The notes beneath the pieces are model-generated. The model was not told the DNA's origin. It saw only the letters and a program-made list of their open reading frames with translations, and did no database searches. From Octopus bimaculoides (taxonomy: Eukaryota): 43,154 bases of DNA. The position numbers and the translations under genes were made by a program. The stretch is taken from positions 32,996,841 through 33,039,994 of the forward strand of contig NC_069000.1 in NCBI RefSeq assembly GCF_001194135.2, read 5' to 3'. Positions 1 through 12,747 of the stretch are shown in pieces (position 1 is the stretch's first letter; the number at the start of each line of letters is the position of its first letter).

Positions 1-48
1 TTATCCCTCCCCCGAAATCACTAGCCTTGTGCAAAAGTTTGAAACCAA
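1..48 (+). mobile_element. SINE family A 3' tail (cut by the window start)
   Basis: CCCCGAAATCACTAGCCTTGTGCAAAAGTTTGAAACCAATA matches the tails of the copies at 8739-8950 and 9498-9702. Confidence 0.6.
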
Positions 49-62
49 TATATATATATATA

Positions 63-267
63 TAGGTTCGAAAAAGACAAAAAAGCAACAACTAAAAACA
101 ACAACGTGAAGACGTAATACAGATTGTGTTACTGGACGCTCGGGAAAGGAAAGAAAGAGAATTTGACGTTTGGAGCGGAGCTCTTCGTCGGAAAAAAAGG
201 AAAGTCCAAAGAAGGGAAAGACGGAGGAAGAAAAAATCGACAACGATATCCACGAGGTTACATTGTG

Positions 268-270
<3 letters not shown>
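63..270 (-). mobile_element. Short repeat between (TA)n tracts with a degenerate minimal hammerhead; probably Penelope-derived
   Basis: Minus strand 161-197 reads TTT-CCGACGA-AGAGC(TCC)GCTC-CAAAC-GTC-AAA. Bounded by (TA)n at 49-62 and 271-304. Confidence 0.5.
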
Positions 271-309
<39 letters not shown>

Positions 310-1099
310 AAGACATAAATATAGGAAAGTTCTTTAACAACATCTCTTCGTTTATAATTAATACCTGTATAATTAGGAAATTCGATGAATAATAATGGTT
401 TTGAACATTGAAAAACGTGAATCTTCTAAATACAGCTACCAGCGCACAGATGTGTAAAGGCCATTCTTAGTCGCTATGTCCAGTTGGCGGAAGCTGCCAA
501 ATAAAATACATACGATTGTAGTAGCGGCATCAAATATAAAGCAAAATGGTATGAAATAAAAGTAGAACACGAACTTTCTGAACACTGATGGTCTGCACTT
601 AATATTCGAGCAGAAACCTCAAATTGCAGCGGCCGCTAAACTAGTTTGCTGGTATCTTAGATCATTTTTCCTAATTGTATTTTATTTAATTATTTCAGTA
701 AATTCAAAATTTGTTTAATTTAATGTGTTGACCCAGTTGACCATCCCTGTCTCGGAATTCAGTAATCTGGAAAGGTTTGAGGAATAAAGGGCCGGAAAAC
801 CGATGTTTAAAGGCATATCTCATCAGCCTACTTACACATTTAAAATATACCTAACGAAAATGAATGCATTTTTCTTTAGCGTATATAGTTCTTGAAAAAA
901 TGATAATATGCGACATATTAAATAAAGACTTAAATAAAACACGTGTGTAAACGTTACCAAATACTTTTTGTAGGCTTCGCACGCAGACATGCAATTGATG
1001 AAAGAAAACTGAACCGAAATATTAAATTTCTTAAAAGAAATAACTTCTTTATACTCCCAAGTACCTCCTAAAATGTGTTAATGATATTCCAGTGGTTGC

Positions 1100-1365
1100 G
1101 AAGTCGAATGGCCCATTGGTTAGGGCCTTGCACTCATGAACGTAAGATCATGGGTTCGATTCTCAGAAATGGCGTTGCGTTGTTTTCTTGAATAAATACC
1201 CTTTATTTCATATTACCTTAGTCTATTCATCTGTAAATGAGTAACCTGGCGACAAATGGGCTTCCCATTTGGAGTGACCGTCTTCCACCTCGACCATTTA
1301 TGAGCCATGGAAACTGAGTAACTGTCTGTACGAGTCCAAGGACTCAAGACAAAACTACTACTAAA
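1100..1365 (+). mobile_element. tRNA-derived SINE with a conserved-core-like body
   Basis: A-box-like TGGCCCATTGGTTAGGG, B-box GGTTCGATTC, then a body (TTTATTTCA...GTAAATGAGTA...GGAAAC) and an ACT-repeat tail. Confidence 0.6.
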
Positions 1366-1920
1366 GGGATTAAGATGTGACACTAATACTATCCTTTTAT
1401 TTTCCTATATACTCAGTTTCTTTTCCTCATCGTTATCTTCTTATGTTCTCTTATTATTTTATACTGCAATGAGATCATTTGATTATAGAATTAGAGGGAC
1501 ATCATTGCTTCAACAAATCAATATCTAACGACAAGGAAACAATAGAGGAAACAGAAGTTTCTTTTACTAATATGCCTTTCTCTAACATTAGCATTCATTT
1601 CTCTTTCTTACTTTCTATTTTCTATTCCATTCTCTGTTCAATGAATACAGTACGACAAAAGTGCAATTAGAGTACACTCCCTTCGTTTCTGAACATTTAC
1701 ATATAAATTATACTTCGTTGTTAGAGTTGGCATATAAATATATACAAGCTTACATCCCAGTGGAATATAATTCATACACCTACATCCGGATATGTGTGTG
1801 TGTCTGTGCGCGCGTCAGTGTGTGACTCAATATATACGTATACACATGCATATACATGCGATATACATGAGTGTAAAGAGTTTATACATGCAGACACATA
1901 CACACACGCACACACGCATA

Positions 1921-1981
<61 letters not shown>

Positions 1982-2052
1982 GTGTGTGTGTGAGTTGTTT
2001 GTACGTATTGTGCTCGTCTATAGAAAGTGTTTATAAGCGTCCCTTATATAAG

Positions 2053-2240
2053 CAGTAGTAGTAGTAGTAGTAGTAGTAGCACCACCACCACCACCACCAC
2101 CACCTCCAGCAGCACCAGCATAGGTGTTGATGGTGCTGCAGTGGTGGTGGCTTGAGTGTAATAGTTGCAGAAGAAGAAGAAGAAGAAGAAGAAGAAGAAG
2201 AAGAAGAAGAAGAAGAAGAAGAAGAAGAAGAAGAAGAAGA
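2053..2240. repeat. Compound trinucleotide microsatellite (AGT)n(ACC)n...(AGA)n
   Basis: Directly visible tracts. Confidence 0.95.
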
Positions 2241-2839
2241 CTGCTAACAAAGAGACTCAGCGATAATAACTAAATATTAACATCATTGACAACATTAACA
2301 ACGTCAATAACATCAACATCAACAACACTAATTACAATAACACTAATTACTCGAGCACTAATTACAACGAATTTACCCTCGAATTGTTTTGTGAAAAATT
2401 TTTAAGAAAACGAAGGAAACTGAATAATTTACTTTTTAGATACACAACATTTGTAAACAAGTTGGATAGGTCATATCTGGCGTGTCTTTGGTTCTTGACG
2501 ATATTAGAAAAAAACAACAAAAAAAAACAGGAATAAACAACCGCAAGAACAATGACAACAACAATTCTAACATGCCGTGGTAAATGAATAGATAAATAAT
2601 AGATAAATAACAGACCGTTGTGAGGGTGAGAGAGTGCGGTTGAGAGAGGCTGAGAGTCGATCTCGTGTTGCAGCAGTAACTGGATGCGATCCATGTGTGG
2701 TGGGTTGCACACGGTAAATAACGACTGATGATGATATGATTGGACTGACTGTGATGGTGTGGATGCTGGAGATGCGGAAGTATGGATGCAATGTGGACGC
2801 TACTTGTGCAGGTTTATAAAAATAATAACACCGGTGTTG

Positions 2840-2846
2840 TTGCTGT

Positions 2847-2897
<51 letters not shown>

Positions 2898-3039
2898 TAG
2901 TAGTAGTAGTAGTAGTAGAGGGTGCTGGAGGTGATGACGGTGGTGGTGTTGGTGGTGGTAGTGGTGGTGGCGATGGTGGTGATGGTGGTGCTGGTGGTGC
3001 TGGTGGGTTGATAGTAATAGTAGTAGTAGTGGTGGTGGT
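2840..3039. repeat. (TAG)n/(GGT)n microsatellite running into a gap
   Basis: Directly visible tracts. Confidence 0.95.
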
Positions 3040-4435
3040 NNNNNNNNNNNNNNNNNNNNNNNNNNNNNNNNNNNNNNNNNNNNNNNNNNNNNNNNNNNNN
3101 NNNNNNNNNNNNNNNNNNNNNNNNNNNNNNNNNNNNNNNNNNNNNNNNNNNNNNNNNNNNNNNNNNNNNNNNNNNNNNNNNNNNNNNNNNNNNNNNNNNN
3201 NNNNNNNNNNNNNNNNNNNNNNNNNNNNNNNNNNNNNNNNNNNNNNNNNNNNNNNNNNNNNNNNNNNNNNNNNNNNNNNNNNNNNNNNNNNNNNNNNNNN
3301 NNNNNNNNNNNNNNNNNNNNNNNNNNNNNNNNNNNNNNNNNNNNNNNNNNNNNNNNNNNNNNNNNNNNNNNNNNNNNNNNNNNNNNNNNNNNNNNNNNNN
3401 NNNNNNNNNNNNNNNNNNNNNNNNNNNNNNNNNNNNNNNNNNNNNNNNNNNNNNNNNNNNNNNNNNNNNNNNNNNNNNNNNNNNNNNNNNNNNNNNNNNN
3501 NNNNNNNNNNNNNNNNNNNNNNNNNNNNNNNNNNNNNNNNNNNNNNNNNNNNNNNNNNNNNNNNNNNNNNNNNNNNNNNNNNNNNNNNNNNNNNNNNNNN
3601 NNNNNNNNNNNNNNNNNNNNNNNNNNNNNNNNNNNNNNNNNNNNNNNNNNNNNNNNNNNNNNNNNNNNNNNNNNNNNNNNNNNNNNNNNNNNNNNNNNNN
3701 NNNNNNNNNNNNNNNNNNNNNNNNNNNNNNNNNNNNNNNNNNNNNNNNNNNNNNNNNNNNNNNNNNNNNNNNNNNNNNNNNNNNTATATATGCATACATA
3801 CATGCAAACATATACAATATATATATATATGAGTGTGTGTGTGTGTTCATTGGCGTGTATATACATCCCATGTACATACACGTTTGTATGTATATGTAGA
3901 TGGGGATGTATATACACGCCCATACATAAACACATGAGCGTATGGAAAAGAAAATGAATGAAGAAGGATTTAAAAGATAATGTGCAGATTCCATTGTAAG
4001 ATCAATCAAATACCAATGAAGTGTAGCATGCACACACACACATCCAACGCCAACCGCATATATATATATGTAAATGTGTGTGTATATGTATGTATGTATG
4101 TACGTATGTATGTGTGTATGCATATATATACATATACATATATATATATGTAAATGTGTGTGTATATGTATGTATGTANNNNNNNNNNNNNNNNNNNNNN
4201 NNNNNNNNNNNNNNNNNNNNNNNNNNNNNNNNNNNNNNNNNNNNNNNNNNNNNNNNNNNNNNNNNNNNNNNNNNNNNNNNNNNNNNNNNNNNNNNNNNNN
4301 NNNNNNNNNNNNNNNNNNNNNNNNNNNNNNNNNNNNNNNNNNNNNNNNCATTGTAAGATCAATCAAATACCAATGAAGTGTAGCATGCACACACACACAT
4401 CCAACGCCAACCGCATATATATATATGTGTGTGTG

Positions 4436-5810
4436 GTGATCAATTTCAATTCCAGTGCAAGCAGGAAAACCTGCATCTGTCGGATATCTCAACTTTACCC
4501 TCTTGGAGGCATCTTTCTATACAAAATTGTCTACAAGTACCAAGTAATAACACCATGTTCCCACCAAACAAGGATCTGCATTGGCAACGCTGTTGATTTC
4601 AAGCAACGCTACCGAGCACTTATGAACTCCTTCTTCAATCCAACTTCTTCAAAATTATCTTCCTCTTTAGAAACTTGTATACACCACTTCAAATCCCCAA
4701 ACATCCCGTATACACTGTCCAGGTCCATCGTCAGTGAGGCTTCCCCTTACAACACTAACTTGGGCTTTTGTAAACTTCGTTTAAAGCAATCGCTCACCAT
4801 ATTTCGCAAACATAACTCCTCATTACTTAATAGATTCACAGATGTAATCCTTTCCTGTAAACATATGTACTACCCATCATTTGCCCATTTTGCAAAATCT
4901 ACGTGATTCCCTAATTATGATTATCCTTAATTACAATTAATCTCAAGTTACAACTTGATCAGACTAGTACCATAAACATTTGTACTAAATATTCCTCCTT
5001 AGCATTACCTCCACTAATTTCCTCCTGCCCAGCACATCTCCTAAACTCCTTCTTGCTTCTTCAGCCAAAACTACTTCACACAAATTATTACCGCTATCGC
5101 TACCTCTCTATTCACTTCTCCCATATTTATTTTCATACGCTTCTACATAGCTAAGTACTCACTCTGTACCACCGACCCACCTTCATTCTTGAAATTCATC
5201 CTTTGTCACACAAGAATATGACTGACCCTTTCACCCACTTAATATTTGCTCCACACCTTTTGTCTCATTATCTCAACTTCCCTTACTTATATTGACTACT
5301 ATCCTAAATTTTTGACATCTATTCATAAACCTTACAGCATTGACTAGCCTTCCCATACTACCACATACTACCCTTCCCATATATCTCCCAATTCTCCATT
5401 TCTACTACTAATACTAAATCTCTCAGTATTCCCTTCATTCACCTTTCTATCACCTTGATCTGACTCACTGACCTCTTGTTCCTTTCGTTGCTCCAGCACT
5501 CAACATACTCCCATCAAACCACCAACCTCCTCCTCACACAATAATTACCTTGCCTTCTGCTATACCTATCCTACCTTTTAAATTTCTCTGCATGATGATC
5601 TGATACGTTAGACTATTATCTAGCCACCCTGATGGACGGGGCTCTGGATTTTACCAATGTTCATTTACTTCCATTACTGGTTTCAAACTGTTGATGAACA
5701 TCCACCAACATTGTGAAATAACTCAGAGCCCTCAGAAACAGCTGTCGGACTTGTAACGCCATAGTTTCTCCCCACCAACTCTTTGAGTCTATGTAATCTA
5801 TGTAAATTTG

Positions 5811-5812
<2 letters not shown>
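4436..5812 (+). mobile_element. 5'-truncated Penelope-like retroelement: GIY-YIG endonuclease remnant (to 4906) plus 3' non-coding and terminal-repeat region
   Basis: Translation CICR..YPLGG.FLYKIVYK...ICIG...FKQRY....SF....LS...I.....Y.....CKL.LKQ....LLN.F.....CKH follows the Penelope C-terminal pattern CNCR..CPL.G.CL...IVY..YIG..FK.RY..H..SF..LS..W..C.LCL.EK..LLN...CRH. Ends in a segment shared with 13390-13620 and 27400-27600. Flanked by TA/TG microsatellites. Confidence 0.85.
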
Positions 5813-5850
<38 letters not shown>

Positions 5851-6564
5851 NNNNNNNNNNNNNNNNNNNNNNNNNNNNNNNNNNNNNNNNNNNNNNNNNN
5901 NNNNNNNNNNNNNNNNNNNNNNNNNNNNNNNNNNNNNNNNNNNNNNNNNNNNNNNNNNNNNNNNNNNNNNNNNNNNNNNNNNNNNNNNNNNNNNNNNNNN
6001 NNNNNNNNNNNNNNNNNNNNNNNNNNNNNNNNNNNNNNNNNNNNNNNNNNNNNNNNNNNNNNNNNNNNNNNNNNNNNNNNNNNNNNNNNNNNNNNNNNNN
6101 NNNNNNNNNNNNNNNNNNNNNNNNNNNNNNNNNNNNNNNNNNNNNNNNNTAAATATATGTATGTATGTATATATGTGTATATGTACATACATATATATAT
6201 GATTGCTAATCATCTGAAAATTTTAAGCCTGTCACCTGTTATAGGTATACAAATATATAGATATACAAATGTTTTGCACACTTAAACCAAAGATTTATAT
6301 CTGTCTATTTGACTTATTGTCTCTATAACCGCTCACTTGGGTTCAACCTCATAGTCACTCTTTACCCTGGTGACTTGGTCCTCGTTAAAGATATCGGAGG
6401 ACAAGTTCAATCATTTCAGCGCTATGATGTGTTTTATTTATTGAGATTCTCTCGATTGCATCTGTTGATTCTATACATATTTGAGTAGAACAAGAGACAT
6501 GTGGGGTAAAGAGTTGCTGAAGGAGTTACAAGATGTGTGACGAGAGAACGTTGACAAACGAACA

Positions 6565-6565
<1 letters not shown>

Positions 6566-6606
<41 letters not shown>

Positions 6607-6793
6607 GTGAAATGCAAACCAAACGTATAGTGCGTGTGTTTAACTGACAAAATATGACCATCCTCAAGTATGACAATGTCTTTCAACAGACGATTTCACA
6701 CCAAGAGTCTTGCAAAACAAATACATAAATGTAACATATGATGTTGGTAGTGGTAGTGGTGGTGGTGGTGGTCGTGATAATGATGATGATGAA

Positions 6794-6837
<44 letters not shown>

Positions 6838-7377
6838 CGGTGACGACGACGACGACGACGACGATGATGATGATGATGATGATGATGATGATAGTGGTGG
6901 TGGTGGTGGTGGTGTTGGAGATCATGGTTATGATAATGATCGTGATAATCATGAAGATGATGATGCTGATAATCATCATCATCATCATCATCATCATCAT
7001 GTTTCCTTTGTTACTTATGCTGTTGCTGCAGCAGTTCTGAGAAAAGTAGTAGTAGTAGTAGCAGCGGTGGCAGCAGCAGTGGTAGTAATAGTTGTAGATA
7101 ATGTTGTCCTTGTTATTGGATTGTTGCTGTTTTTGTTCGACATTTTCAAATGTCCATCTTAAACGGTCTGCTGTTGCGCTTAAGGTGAAAGGTGAGATCA
7201 AGGCAGCCTCGTTCTTGGGTATTTTTCAGACAACTTCGTCAGCTGAAAGTATAGGTCAAAGACATTACAGAAGACTGCCTCCAGTTTAGCTCCGTTGGAA
7301 TTTGTTGTTTTTGTTTTTTCTTTTCTAATTTAAGCCCCATGATGATGTTGGTCGTGATGATGATGATGATGATCATG

Positions 7378-7418
<41 letters not shown>

Positions 7419-7830
7419 CAACAACAATAGTATGACCATAAATAATAAATATCAGCACGCTCTGCATGGCTATCATCATAATCGTCATCATCATAATCGT
7501 CATCATCATCATCAACATCAGCATTATCGCCGTAATTATTTGATTAGAAGTAGTAACAGCAGCAGCAACAGCGGCAACAACAACATTCTGCCGGTATTTA
7601 TATGCACGCTATTCGTCATCATCATCATCATCATCATCATCATCAGTATTATCATCGTAATTATTTGCACGCCCTTCTTCATCATCATCATCATCATCAT
7701 TACCATCTTCATCACCATCATAATCATTACCGGCGATTACGCTGTATTCGGCCTCATCATCATATCCAATATTATTACCACCATTACTATTATACCCGCT
7801 GTTATTATTATTATAATTACCATTCTATGT
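6566..7830. repeat. Field of trinucleotide microsatellites (AAT, GGT, GAT, GAC, CAT, AGT, AGC, ATT)
   Basis: Directly visible. Source of the poly-D/M/I/H pseudo-ORFs. Confidence 0.9.
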
Positions 7831-7865
7831 TAGTTTTATTACCGTAATAATACACACATGCACAC

Positions 7866-7903
<38 letters not shown>

Positions 7904-7934
7904 GTATATGTGTGTGTGTATGTGTGTGTGTGTA

Positions 7935-7969
<35 letters not shown>

Positions 7970-8738
7970 AGCTCTCTCTCTCTCTCTATATATATNNNNN
8001 NNNNNNNNNNNNNNNNNNNNNNNNNNNNNNNNNNNNNNNNNNNNNNNNNNNNNNNNNNNNNNNNNNNNNNNNNNNNNNNNNNNNNNNNNNNNNNNNNNNN
8101 NNNNNNNNNNNNNNNNNNNNNNNNNNNNNNNNNNNNNNNNNNNNNNNNNNNNNNNNNNNNNNNNNNNNNNNNNNNNNNNNNNNNNNNNNNNNNNNNNNNN
8201 NNNNNNNNNNNNNNNNNNNNNNNNNNNNNNNNNNNNNNNNNNNNNNNNNNNNNNNNNNNNNNNNNNNNNNNNNNNNNNNNNNNNNNNNNNNNNNNNNNNN
8301 NNNNNNNNNNNNNNNNNNNNNNNNNNNNNNNNNNNNNNNNNNNNNNNNNNNNNNNNNNNNNNNNNNNNNNNNNNNNNNNNNNNNNNNNNNNNNNNNNNNN
8401 NNNNNNNNNNNNNNNNNNNNCAGTACGCATCGTTGAAATGGTTCTTTCCACGAACACAAATTAAATCATTTTCGTGGAGGATAGTGGCGGACGGAAAACA
8501 AGACAGGAAAACGAAACGGTGAATAAACAAACAAGCAAAAGGCTGTACAACCAGACGGGAAGTGTGTGTGTATTGAACGCTGTGAAGCACGTACAGGAGG
8601 GGCAAAGAAGTACGTACGAGCTTGGTGATTCCAAGAACGAAAAGAAATAGCAGTCGGACACACGTGACCAAGGCTGTGTGAAGAGAAAGAGTAGCAGAGG
8701 GGAAAGAAGGGGAGGAAGTAGAATGGAGGTTAATAATA

Positions 8739-8950
8739 ATGAGCTGGCCGATTTGTTAGGACGCCGGGCAAAATGCTTAGCAACGTTTTCCTTCGTATTT
8801 AGATTCTGAGTTCAAATCTGCCGAGGTCGACTTTGCCTTTCATCCTTTCGTTGTCAGTAAAAGAAATACCAGTTGGGCACTGGGATCGATGACATCGACT
8901 TCATAGACCTTCGAAATTGCTGGCCTTGAGCCATAATAAGAAAGGATTAT
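8739..8950 (+). mobile_element. SINE family A (octopus-type tRNA-derived)
   Basis: GAGCTGGC...ACGCCGGGCAAAATGCTTAGC...TTCTGAGTTCAAAT..GCCGAGGTCGACTTTGCCTTTCATCCTTTCG...ACCAGTTG...GGCCTTG, with an ATT tail. Confidence 0.85.
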
Positions 8951-9305
8951 TATACTGTAGCATGGTGCATGATGTCTCTGTAGCGCCTTATATAAAAATA
9001 AATCTCTTTAAACTTAATTTTACCTTCTAAGTTGAAACGCTAACGAACAGTTACAGCTCTAAGAAAGGGCTCTTACCGCAATACTGGATCTGCGAATCCC
9101 GTCAATTGCTCCTGGGTGGGTACCTCTCTCCACTGGACCGTTTTTTGATTTTATTTTGTTAAACCTTTACATTTTCTTTTTGTTCGACACAAAGTCCTAC
9201 TGTCTTTTGTTTCCCGCTCTTGTTCTACCACAATATTTTTAATCCCCCGTGACTAATAAGGGGATTACTATTATTATTATTGCCATTATTGTTTTTAATG
9301 ATAAA

Positions 9306-9702
9306 AGCTGTGAGCTAGTTGAATCTTTGACGCGGCAGTATTTCGTCCATCTCTTTACGCTCAAATACCCGCAAGGTCAACATCACATTGCATGCTTTCA
9401 GGGTTGAGAAAATAAGTACCAGTTGAGCGCTGGGGTCATTGTCATCGACTTAATCCCCATTGCCGACTTTGTTCCAAATCTGAAACCATTTTATAAAAGG
9501 TGGCGAGATGGAAAAATCATTACTGAGCCGGAAAAAATACTCAATGACATTTCTTCCGGATTTTTGTGTTCTGCGTTCAAATTCTGTCGACGCCGTAAAA
9601 TAAGTACCAGTAAAATAAGAACCAGTTGAAAACTGGGATCGATGTAAGCGTATTACCCCTATCCCTAAACTGCTGGCCTTGTGCCAAAATTTGAAAACAC
9701 AT
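9306..9702 (+). mobile_element. Two adjacent diverged SINE family A copies (9306-9492, 9498-9702)
   Basis: Both carry AAAATAAGTACCAGT and tail motifs of family A. Confidence 0.7.
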
Positions 9703-11074
9703 TAAGAACCATTTGAGGTGCTTGGGCATGTGTAACTGATTAGCCCTCTTCCAAATTTTAAGCCTTGGGCTTATTGAAGGATTTTTTTATTTTTATTGTA
9801 CGCGTGACCTGGAACAATTCTTGGAGATTCGATTTTCAAACATTTGAATACTTAATGATGTCTCTTCACACTCTAAATACAATGATGTCGGCTTCGTCCA
9901 ACTAATTCAGTCTTTCAGGAATCGATAGAAATGAATACCAGTTAAGTACTGAGGTTTATGTAATCAGCCTCTTCTATCTAACTCGCTCCATGTTAAACTT
10001 TGCGTCTATGTATTTGACTTTAAATTTCATAATTCGTATCTCAAGGACACCAAGACTTCGAAAACTAAATGTTACGTGTTGGCTTGGAGAAAATGGTGAT
10101 ATTTTCACAAAGGCTCCAGATTTAAGTAATTATTTTGTTAGTCGCTTTTCTCTCTAGCATTGAAAGGTTTAGCATACATTGAACACATACGCAGGCAAAT
10201 CAGTGGAACTAGAAGACATCAAACAAAAAGATTGTAAATGTTAATTTTATCAAGTAAGAAACTCTTTCGCAGTACATAGGCTTGTATTCGATACTTTTGT
10301 GCCAACAGATATTTATACACACACTAACACAGAGTTATATGTATGCGTGTATGCATGTATGAATGTATGCATGTATAGAATAGATGTGTGGATGTATGTT
10401 TGCAAGCGTGTATGTATGTGTGTGTGCATAAGCATTGCATATTACTATATATGTCTGTAAGATCATCCTTTATTCAGTTCTTACAAATTACCATGCAGCC
10501 CCGAAGTGAGCCGAGTTGTCGCTCGAAACTGTCAGAGACTGCAGCCTAAATCCCCTCATTTCAAATCGTAACTTACTCAAAAACTAATTAACACATTGTG
10601 CTTTATGTAATTTAGTTTCGTATATGCAAAAATGCGATTTAGTCATAGCTGGAGCGTGCTTGCTCATAGCTGTGTTCCGCCACAGCAGACCCTGCCTTTA
10701 ACAACAACATAAGGTATTTATTCTATGCATGCTGTTATATTTGCTTAGCTGTACAGTTATTTCATGCACTTACTTTCGCTTCTCAACTTATTCTGTCTTC
10801 GAGTTGTTTTAGAAGAAGCAATTCAATTTTAGAAATATCAAGGACGTTTTTCCTCTGATCATGATAATTATAATTTTGTATTTGCTTCAGGCATTGAACT
10901 GTGGCCTTACTGAGACACCACTGTTAAGTTTCTAATCGATTACAAGGATCTAAATACTATTTTTAAGTCAATTACACGGGCGCACACACACACACACACG
11001 CACACACACACAACACGCACACATACATACACACACACACATACACACATGCACATAACGAAAACAACCATACT

Positions 11075-11315
11075 ATGATCCTTTCAACTATAGCAAAGGC
11101 CGGAATTTTTTTCGGAGTGGTGGGGGTGCTTGTCGATTACATCGATTCCAGTGCTCAATGGGTACTTATTTTCATCTACCCGAAAGGATGACTGGCAGAA
11201 GATAAATTCGACGTCGGCGATATTTGAACTCAGAACACAAAGAAGGATGAAACGTGGAAAGCAGCGTTGCTAAATATTTTGTGCAACGTTCCAACGACTG
11301 TGCCTGCTCGTCGAC
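11075..11315 (-). mobile_element. SINE family A, diverged
   Basis: Reverse complement has GTTCTGAGTTCAAAT, CCTTTCGGG, AAAATAAGTACC and TCGATGTAATCGAC. Confidence 0.75.
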
Positions 11316-12747
11316 TCGCACATCTTTGTAATAATAGCCGCTGTAAATATTGGCTGGTTCGCTGGTAGATTTCCCCAAGTTGTACTTAACATACATCGTA
11401 GAAGGAGAGAGGGANNNNNNNNNNNNNNNNNNNNNNNNNNNNNNNNNNNNNNNNNNNNNNNNNNNNNNNNNNNNNNNNNNNNNNNNNNNNNNNNNNNNNN
11501 NNNNNNNNNNNNNNNNNNNNNNNNNNNNNNNNNNNNNNNNNNNNNNNNNNNNNNNNNNNNNNNNNNNNNNNNNNNNNNNNNNNNNNNNNNNNNNNNNNNN
11601 NNNNNNNNNNNNNNNNNNNNNNNNNNNNNNNNNNNNNNNNNNNNNNNNNNNNNNNNNNNNNNNNNNNNNNNNNNNNNNNNNNNNNNNNNNNNNNNNNNNN
11701 NNNNNNNNNNNNNNNNNNNNNNNNNNNNNNNNNNNNNNNNNNNNNNNNNNNNNNNNNNNNNNNNNNNNNNNNNNNNNNAGAGAGAGATAGAGAGAGAGAG
11801 AGAGAGAGGAGGGGGGGAGTAAACAAAACAAAGCAGAAATACAGCGGGGTTTAACATAAAAAGGTGTAGGATGAGTGCACATATGAGGTTTAGACTTGAT
11901 GGGAGGAACTCTAATACACAAACAGAGAAAGATGAAAAATTAATCGGAAGAAAGCCAGTAGATCTAGAAATATAAATAATTTGGAACTGCCCAGAGAAAA
12001 TCGGGCAATCAGGGGAATTTTTGAGAATATTTTCTTGAAAAACGTTTTAATAAAAGAATTATGAAATGGAATACACAGCACCAGTTACTCATTTGCCTTG
12101 TCAGTAGAGAAGCACGTGCACTTGTCTACAATCGATCTAATTTTAGGTATGTGTGCTCTTAGAGCAAGTATTGAACTAAAGACATTTTGTTCGTTGCCAG
12201 TAAATATCTATGATTAAAAGTAAACGTAATATTTTATACTTTACCTTCATTTCATTATCGTAGTCAATTCATTTAAGATAAATATACTTAACGTTAATAC
12301 AGAAGAAAATGAACAGCAGTAAGCATAATAACGCATGCCCAACATCGTAATGGAAATGCGTAGGCAGCAGATCAAAGAGTTTTTGCTTAGCAAGATAAGA
12401 GAATACGTGAGTGAGAATTCTTATTACATAATAAAAATCGTCTACATAATAAAAATCGTCTACATAAGAAAAAGAAAAGTAAAAAAAAAAACAACTGATG
12501 TGGAATTAAAACTGGATGCAACTCTGATATCAAATATCTCGGTAATTCTTAATGTTGTATGTCAGCAAAAACGACAAAGCGTTGCCAGATCATATATTTT
12601 GCTGTAAATAGTTAAATTTTGAACTCCCGCTGGAGCTGACTTTAAAATTTAATAAGATTCAGTTCGGTAAAATTTAAAAGATAAAATCCTCAGCTTTACT
12701 CTTCCTCAAAAATGTGTGACTATATTCTTTTCAAAACCTTATCATTT

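Noticed and set aside
810-830. CTGATGA/CTGACGA words on the minus strand (also near 4728 and 7237)
   Set aside because: They lack a correctly placed GAAA, helix III and NUH, or a stem I, so they are chance matches.
3992-4428. About 80-bp exact duplication (3992-4071 and 4349-4428) across a gap, just before the Penelope remnant
   Set aside because: The second copy begins exactly at a contig edge, typical of unmerged overlaps or haplotypes. The adjacent Penelope is too decayed for an exact TSD.
2759-4492. Long ORFs in the track (up to 548 aa) here and around other gaps, including a Pro/Thr-rich mucin-like frame
   Set aside because: Composed of Ns and microsatellite translations, with no splice or homology support.
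6683-7847. Poly-D/H/I/M ORFs resembling acidic or His-rich proteins
   Set aside because: Trinucleotide repeats open in several frames on both strands, with no unique coding context.
8421-8700. Purine-rich segment after a gap, resembling a Penelope-type terminus
   Set aside because: No second copy in the window and no ribozyme core or ORF to anchor a call.
12335-12406. Possible plus-strand first exon MPNIVMEMRRQQIKEFLLSKIREY followed by GTGAGT
   Set aside because: Isolated. The only phase-compatible partner found is a speculative 15-nt exon near 14710-14724, and there is no recognisable homology.
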